A DNA stretch of 17,501 nt. Source: Ginkgo biloba. Taxonomy: Eukaryota > Plantae > Ginkgophyta. The translations under genes and the position numbers were made by a program. The DNA is taken from assembly GCA_024626585.2 (NCBI GenBank), contig JANKJI020000002.1, forward strand, positions 151,084,915 to 151,102,415, written 5' to 3'. Shown in pieces: positions 11,124-17,501 of this stretch. The notes under the pieces were generated by a model. That model searched no databases. It was not told the origin of the DNA and saw only the letters and a program-made list of their open reading frames with translations. How positions within the stretch are numbered: position 1 is the first letter of the stretch; the number at the start of each line of letters is the position of its first letter.

Positions 11124-11790
11124 AAAGATCACAGTTCCATGCTCTATTCTCCTTCTAATAATTGGTTGAAATTCTATAGAAGCCAAATCACTAACAAATA
11201 TTAGACATCTAAGGCAAAGTTAAGAAAAAATAAGGACAAAATTCCAACATCACATCCTCAAATTGCCAAAAGTGAAGCTGGATAAATAACAACATACATT
11301 AGTTGAATAGGTGGGGATTCTAGATGAATGAGATCCCCNNNNNNNNNNNNNNNNNNNNNNNNNNNNNNNNNNNCAAACCATATGATCTCAATGTCATTGC
11401 TAACAAAACAAAAATGACTTACCCTAAAGATGCCATCAATCAAGAGTTGAAGCCATAATACTATCTAAACAAAATATTAAGTTGCAAGAAGAGACAAAAA
11501 ATAAGCAAGATTAAAACAAGCACTTATGACTCGTAAAGCAAAATAGGCAAGATGGGGGAATCCACCAATTCCTTGGGAAGTAAGAACATGCCAATCACCC
11601 TATAAATTCAAAGTAGAAGATGGAATAGTATGACCACCTATAATGCTCAACCAACTTAAATATCCGAGATGAATTTTGTGACATCATAGTGAAAGCAACT
11701 AGCATATAAATCTTGTTAAACACTAAGGACATTAGTATAGTAGACTACGAAGCCTCATAACAAAAAACTTGGAGCATAGAATGTTAGTAC
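11124..11790 (+). mobile_element. C-terminal part of the RTE/RTEX-like LINE with a degenerate CCHC-type motif
   Basis: 'YYLNKILSCKKRQKISKIKTSTYDS*SKIGK/PPIPWEVRTCQSPYKFKVED/CSTNLNIRDEF' (~11459-11680) matches the pattern YL..R..+A+.R.SSH.L..E.GR..R.C..C..VEDE.H....C..Y..IR found at the end of non-L1 LINE ORF2. Confidence 0.75.
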
Positions 11791-12054
11791 TAAACTCATG
11801 ATTTTTATAAAGGTCTAATAGATCTATTTTGGTCTCAATGGACATTTACTTTCATTTCATACCAATTCACAAGATAATGTGATTAGCTCAAGATTGCTTA
11901 TTCCACTTGTCATCCCATTTCAAGGAGTGATGGAGGAGAAATCCATAGAAGAATTTGTGTGTCTCATATTTTTAACTAGTAAAGAGTGAATTATATAAAA
12001 TGACCTGTAGGATAGGATCCCTAGAGTAAATGAAAATATTTGATTCTGAGAAAT

Positions 12055-12185
12055 AGTTGGAAGGGTATGTGGAATAAAGGCACAAGAGTACAATACACAA
12101 TATACACCATTATTAAATAGTTAGGTTTAAAAATGATGCATGGCAGGGTGTCACTTGGAGAACATGGATAGAGTCCCATTGGAAG
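12055..12185 (+). mobile_element. Possible zf-RVT-like LINE remnant
   Basis: 'WKGMWNKGTRV...LGLKMMHGRVSLGE' resembles the W..+W...W+++H..+ start of zf-RVT, but no CxxC is recognisable. Confidence 0.3.
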
Positions 12186-12964
12186 TCAATTCAATAGTAA
12201 TCTTATATGGATTGAATATTCAATGTTCCCATCAATACTTCCACAAAGCATCGTTGATAACTATCATAGTACAAAAAACTAAAACTATATCCACGTCTCA
12301 AATAAACAATGGAAACTGACTTGAAGTGTGTTGCACATTCATCAATAAAAATTGACCAATGACATGAAAGACTAGATTAGCTACAACAAATTGACATCTT
12401 ATTCTTGCTTCTTGTAACTAGTGGACGGTTCAGAGAGAAGGTAATTAAAAATGAAATATAATGAATAGATCTTCCTCTTGCTCCTTGTTGTTGCAACATT
12501 TGAACCCAATATTCTCAACCCTTGAGTTGATACAACTTAAAAAATTGGCACAACTTCCATGGCACCTTAGTACCTAAGAGCCTACACAGAGACCAATGTC
12601 GGCTTAGAAAAGCAGATCAAAGGGCCTTCATAGCAGCCAAAAGAAGTGCGTAAGGGCAGGGACCCTCATTTGAGCCAACAAGCTAAGAAATCTCAATTTG
12701 AAGATGTTCTAGTTCTTCTCTTTCTTCATCGAAACAACTAAGGCACATACGCATGCCAGCAACTTGAAGAAGAAAGTAGAATTCGACTTAATGGTAATTC
12801 AGAAACCCTTATAGGGGCACAAACCTCATTTTGTCTTGCAAGTCAAATTGTTGATGCTAATAACAAGAATGACAACTTTGAGCAAGTATGACTTACGTCA
12901 AAAGGCCTCTAATTCAGCTTGGACATTCCACTAGAAGCACCTCAAAAAGATGATTCTAACGATA

Positions 12965-13113
12965 TATGATCCTTAGTATTTTGGAATCTGGAAGACTCAA
13001 TGGGTAAATTTTTGTGTTTGTCCCTTTGCTAAAATTTTGTGGAAACTAGAGTTGTAGAGCAGAGACAGAAGTAGCTTTGAGGCCTAGTGCCTTAGTGTAA
13101 GAATTTGAACTAG
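12965..13113 (+). pseudogene. N-terminal part of an L1 endonuclease (left half, cut by an LTR element)
   Basis: 'SLVFWN' (WN at 12982-12987) with 'RLNG' in the adjacent frame (cf. SWNVRGLN), then 'FVETRV' (13036-13053; cf. LQETK). Confidence 0.55.
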
Positions 13114-14358
13114 TGATACAACACAAAATAGAACAATCACAGAANNNNNNNNNNNNNNNNNNNNNNNNNNNNNNNNNNNNNNNNNNNNNNNNNNNNNNNN
13201 NNNNNNNNNNNNNNNNNNNNNNNNNNNNNNNNNNNNNNNNNNNNNNNNNNNNNNNNNNNNNNNNNNNNNNNNNNNNNNNNNNNNNNNNNNNNNNNNNNNN
13301 NNNNNNNNNNNNNNNNNNNNNNNNNNNNNNNNNNNNNNNNNNNNNNNNNNNNNNNNNNNNNNNNNNNNNNNNNNNNNNNNNNNNNNNNNNNNNNNNNNNN
13401 NNNNNNNNNNNNNNNNNNNNNNNNNNNNNNNNNNNNNNNNNNNNNNNNNNNNNNNNNNNNNNNNNNNNNNNNNNNNNNNNNNNNNNNNNNNNNNNNNNNN
13501 NNNNNNNNNNNNNNNNNNNNNNNNNNNNNNNNNNNNNNNNNNNNNNNNNNNNNNNNNNNNNNNNNNNNNNNNNNNNNNNNNNNNNNNNNNNNNNNNNNNN
13601 NNNNNNNNNNNNNNNNNNNNNNNNNNNNNNNNNNNNNNNNNNNNNNNNNNNNNNNNNNNNNNNNNNNNNNNNNNNNNNNNNNNNNNNNNNNNNNNNNNNN
13701 NNNNNNNNNNNNNNNNNNNNNNNNNNNNNNNNNNNNNNNNNNNNNNNNNNNNNNNNNNNNNNNNNNNNNNNNNNNNNNNNNNNNNNNNNNNNNNNNNNNN
13801 NNNNNNNNNNNNNNNNNNNNNNNNNNNNNNNNNNNNNNNNNNNNNNNNNNNNNNNNNNNNNNNNNNNNNNNNNNNNNNNNNNNNNNNNNNNNNNNNNNNN
13901 NNNNNNNNNNNNNNNNNNNNNNNNNNNNNNNNNNNNNNNNNNNNNNNNNNNNNNNNNNNNNNNNNNNNNNNNNNNNNNNNNNNNNNNNNNNNNNNNNNNN
14001 NNNNNNNNNNGATTAGAACTTTCGATCTAATTAAAAGTTCAAAAGTCTAATCATCATAATGGAAAGAACTCATCTAGAATGGAGGAAAATACACTTTTAC
14101 TAAGGTTTCATCATTGTATAGGGTTTAAATCTGATAAACTGGGGCATATACACTCCCATGACATTATGTTAATACATAGAGACAAATCTAAACCATACAA
14201 GTATATAAATTGATTTTNNNNNNNNNNNCTCTTCTAGAGTCGTCCTTAGTAGTTAAGGGTCGTTTGACTTTAAGAGGCCTATCTAATGCCTCTAGGGTCC
14301 CACGTTATTTGACCTAGTTGTTGACCAAACTTTGACCATGGTTGATTGGGTTGTAACA
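13114..14358 (-). repeat. 3' LTR (largely hidden by N 13145-14010)
   Basis: Begins TGTTACA after the PPT. 14229-14303 matches 15343-15417 at 64/75 positions by manual alignment. Ends ...TTTTGTGTTGTATCA next to the TSD. Confidence 0.7.
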
Positions 14359-14372
14359 TCTCTCACCGCCCT
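14359..14372 (-). promoter_or_regulatory. Polypurine tract (plus-strand primer site)
   Basis: Minus-strand AGGGCGGTGAGAGA lies immediately before the TG that starts the 3' LTR at 14358. Confidence 0.8.
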
Positions 14373-14374
14373 AT

Positions 14375-14545
14375 GGAAATTATTGTCCTCAATGAGGCCT
14401 ACTCTTGCAAAAGCTATGGATTCTTGAGTGGCCTCTTCTTGGGGTTGCCTTGACCATTCTACTAGGAACTTTGTAATATCCAAGTTTCTCAACCTTCTTA
14501 TCCTTTCCTCCAATATGCTAATTGGATTGTGAGTCTTTTGCTCAA
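14375..14545 (-). pseudogene. Integrase chromodomain
   Basis: Within ORF 14292-14594: 'PISILEERIRRLRNLDITKFLVEWSRQPQEEATQES..IEDNNF' (cf. P..IL..R...LRN..I..+LV.W...P.EEATWE...LEDK). Confidence 0.92.
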
Positions 14546-14599
14546 CTTCTTGTACCACCATATAGGTTGGCAATATATTGTCAAATTTGGACAAAGCTT

Positions 14600-15110
14600 T
14601 CTTTAAATAGATAATTCAAAAGATTGATGTAGCTTAACATCCTTTGGAGGTTTCAATCAGTAGGCTACCTCATTAATCTTCTCCAATACTTGAAAATGCC
14701 TATAATACCGAGGTGATAATTTTGTACATCTCCTAGTTCTTAGTGATTTGTTTGATTGTATACAAAGATAAACCATATCTCCTACTTCAAAAGCCCTCAG
14801 TTTTCTATATTGATCTGCATATAGCTTGGTAGTTGCGTGTGCCCTATAGTTCCTCTTGCATTTGAGTTAACATCTCTAATGAAACTTGTGTCTTTACCTT
14901 GAATTTTTTAAATCCAATTCTAAGGGAATTAGTGGTTCGTAATTAAATATCTCTTTGAAGGGAGTCATTCTAGTAGTTGAGTGTTTGTTATTATTGTGAG
15001 ACAATTCCACGAAAGGTAATCTCTCCTTCCAATTGAATTACTTTTACTCTACATAGGATCTTAACACATCTTCCATCACTTGGTTCCCATTGCACTGAAT
15101 ATCTTGGTAC
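14600..15110 (-). pseudogene. Ty3/gypsy integrase C-terminal half with GPY/F module
   Basis: 'NQVMEDVLRSYV/NWKERLPFVELSHNNNKHSTTRMTPFKEIFNYEP', 'KLYADQYRKLRAFEVGDMVYL' and 'KLSPR/HFQVLEKINEVAY*LKPPKDVKLHQSFELS'. Confidence 0.95.
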
Positions 15111-15210
15111 NNNNNNNNNNNNNNNNNNNNNNNNNNNNNNNNNNNNNNNNNNNNNNNNNNNNNNNNNNNNNNNNNNNNNNNNNNNNNNNNNNNNNNNNNN
15201 NNNNNNNNNN

Positions 15211-15476
15211 CTACTCCTTAAATAGGTGGTATTATGTTTTAAGGTAGGCTTTTGTCCCTTCTTACAATGTATTTATGTCTCTGTTCCATCATCAAAATTA
15301 GTTGTAGTCTTAAAAAAAACATATTGACTTCATAACTAAGCTCTCTCCTAGAGCCGTCCTTAGCACTTAAGGACCATTTGACTTTAAGAGGCCTATTTAA
15401 TGCATCTAGAGTTCCACTTTCCTTAGTTGACTTGGTCATTGACTGAAGTTTGACTATGGTTGACTGCACTATTACA
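15211..15476 (-). repeat. 5' LTR (start only; truncated by N gap 15111-15210)
   Basis: Direct repeat of the first ~150 bp of the 3' LTR. Starts with TG at 15476, adjacent to the CTAG TSD. Confidence 0.8.
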
Positions 15477-15480
15477 CTAG

Positions 15481-15760
15481 TAATGGCAACCCAAGGATGT
15501 AAGGGTTATATAAGTCTGTAACGTACTTAATCTTATTGATTATTAATACTAACACTAACCTAACCACTAGCTTATTGATTAACCTTATTAACCATAAGAT
15601 TAGGTAAAGTTATAACAAACCTATCAAAGTAAGCAAACAATAAAATCCATAAAAAGAAAAAAATAAGAAAACAATTGGCTTAATCCATTCTCTCGAAATT
15701 AAGCAATATGATTATGTCCAGACAAAAATGTCATTTGTAATTCGGGGCCAAAATGAATTG
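15481..15760 (+). pseudogene. Continuation of the L1 endonuclease (right half)
   Basis: 'VMATQGCKGYISL*' (15480-15521; cf. A.G.SGG[IL].+LW), 'VITNL..KKKK*EN' (cf. TN[VI]Y...R..LW) and 'MIM/DKNVI' (15708-15735; cf. ++GDFN.I). Confidence 0.5.
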
Positions 15761-15944
15761 TATGCGATGAGCACATCAAGACAACTTAACGAAAAGTCAG
15801 TATATGAATAAAAAGGCACTAATAGAACATCAAAAGTGAAATTAACCGCCATCATTATCTAGTATGGGAGGAAAAACTTGATAGCCATGCAACATAAATC
15901 CAATTAAGAAGTTCAAATAGATCACTCAAAGCTCACATACAGTT

Positions 15945-16450
15945 GAAGAAGTTGTTGTGAACTAGATCATCTCAGCAAACAAGATGCAGAATACAGAAAA
16001 TTGACAAGTAGAATCCATCCAAAATGCCCTGGAAATCCAGTTAAATATTATAAGTTGAATTGACCACAATGTCCTGCATAACCAGTCATAGCTATCAAAA
16101 TGCCACTAGTTGAGTTGATACATGAGTAAGAATTATCATGTTCTCAAAGAACAACAAACCCATGCTCAGAGATGAATGGACTGGAATATAGGGCAATGAT
16201 TGATTGTGGATTGAAATTAGGAGTGCAGAGTTGGAGGCAAATTTGCAACTCCCTCCACGACAAATTGGTAGTGATATTTCTTGGCACAATTGCCAACCAC
16301 CAAGAATCACTAGATTTTATAAAACATCCTCCAAGAGATCATCGAAGCACCAAGACCCAAACCACCAGACACAACCAACAAGAAGGCCAATGCATGAAAT
16401 GCTTCCACATAAAAAATATAGGATATGGAAATAGAGGATGCGAACCTATA
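15945..16450 (+). pseudogene. Probable LINE ORF1 remnant (DUF4283-like region and degenerate CCHC zinc knuckle)
   Basis: 'NNKPMLRDEWTG', 'LWIEIRS', 'QIGS/LGTI..LDFIKHPPR', then 'QEGQCMKCFHIKNIGYGNRGC'. At 16400-16441, C-F-H-[I]-K-N-I-G-[Y]-G-N-R-G-C keeps CX2CX4HX4C spacing with two ligands lost. Confidence 0.5.
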
Positions 16451-17501
16451 AAGGGATCACTTCTTTCATCACTAGCAGAGTCCTCGAGAATAATAAAAGT
16501 TCACATTTCCCAATCCAATATAGGACAATGTTGAAAGTAGTGTTTGCAAGCACACACTTGAACCTGAAAACACGTGCATAAGAAATTTTAACCAAGGGCA
16601 TTTAAGGTGTAACAAAAAGCTCATCCTTTTTTTTCTTAAGAACACGCTTTTTCATGTTATTGTGTAGTCAATGGCTATTCACAATGATTCCCTTCACTTA
16701 TGATTCACGAAGGAGAACCTACGATGATGCAATGGACACAAGTTCTTGCTGAGGGGTTCATAAAACAATACAAGCCATGAAATTGCAATAAATAGCACAG
16801 GCAAAAGGGATGTATTTGTCGTATGAGTGAATGTGCAACCCTAGAAGGTCAAGTTCAAGGAAATTGCCTAGGGTAGAAGATAATAAAACATGCTACAGAG
16901 ATAGATGCCAGTGGCCAGCAAATTCCAATGCTAACAAAGATGGTCTAGCAGGAGTCCCAAGAACATAGATGGGAAGAACAGGCTGAAGAAGACCACGGAA
17001 AAAAATTACAAATAGGGAGATGATGGACACCGCTATCTGCCACCAAATCAAAACAACACAGATATCAATTACAACCGAGGTGAACAACCAACTCGGGAAG
17101 AAAAAACAACTTGCAAGTTGCAACCAAATGTTGAAAGTCATGAAAAAGGCATACGTTGCCAGATTGCTAACTTAAGATTAGCCAATCTAGTTAAATCCAA
17201 TGGACATTGATTTCAAAAAAGTTATAGCATTCCCCTGCTGGAAGCCAATAATGCGCATTCCTAACTTGTTGAGCGGCTATCATTGTGATGGCTAAGGGAA
17301 AAAAGAACATATCGAACCATGTGATTGATTCGAGACAGAGATCTGAAGGAAAGAAGTTTGGAAGAGAGGCTCAACCCCACTGAATGCAATCTTAAATATA
17401 TGTCCAATTGAAAGGCAATCTTTACATCTAAAGATAATTCAACATTTTGTTGGTGAAATATGGGTACTCGGTGGGACCCACTTAACCAACGGGGGAGGTT
17501 A

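Larger units (their letters stand above)
13114..15476 (-). mobile_element. Ty3/gypsy chromovirus LTR retrotransposon, degenerate; gag-PR-RT-RH not visible
   Basis: The minus strand starts TGTAA at 15476 and ends TATCA at 13114, with CTAG on both sides (13110-13113 and 15477-15480). Order: LTR, 100-N gap, integrase, chromodomain, PPT, LTR. The left boundary is inferred from the terminal dinucleotide and TSD across an 866-N gap. Confidence 0.85.

Noticed and set aside
16893-17141. Hydrophobic 82-aa minus-strand ORF resembling a membrane protein
   Set aside because: Hydrophobicity is expected from the antisense of an A-rich strand. There is no recognisable family or gene structure.
1-17501. Prokaryotic RT-based systems (retron, DGR, group II intron, CRISPR-associated RT) or another novel functional system
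   Set aside because: All RT segments are non-LTR retrotransposon type and are riddled with stops and frameshifts. There is no repeat-spacer array, template/variable repeat pair, operon structure or intact ORF.

Overview
AT-rich, N-gapped eukaryotic DNA, most likely from a land plant. It is built almost entirely from decayed, nested retrotransposons. I found no intact gene, RNA gene or CRISPR array, and the supplied ORFs are either retroelement fragments or spurious/N-filled. Left to right: (1) a weak minus-strand gag/protease-like remnant (~500-1900); (2) a minus-strand L1-type LINE 3' end with poly(A) (3163-~4400); (3) a nearly complete but frameshifted L1 ORF2 on the minus strand (endonuclease, RT, zf-RVT, RNase H; ~4480-8630); (4) a (GT)14(GA)11 microsatellite; (5) a plus-strand RTE/RTEX-like LINE (9597-~11790) interrupted by a fragment of a different L1-type RT (10690-11023); (6) a plus-strand L1 endonuclease split by a minus-strand Ty3/gypsy chromovirus (13114-15476) with two LTRs, PPT, integrase, chromodomain and a 4-bp CTAG target-site duplication; (7) a probable LINE ORF1 remnant with a degenerate zinc knuckle (~15945-16450). 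I see no evidence for a new functional biological system. The points of interest are the nesting history, the LTR architecture and the mutational signature. All calls come from manual translation and motif recognition; no database searches were run.
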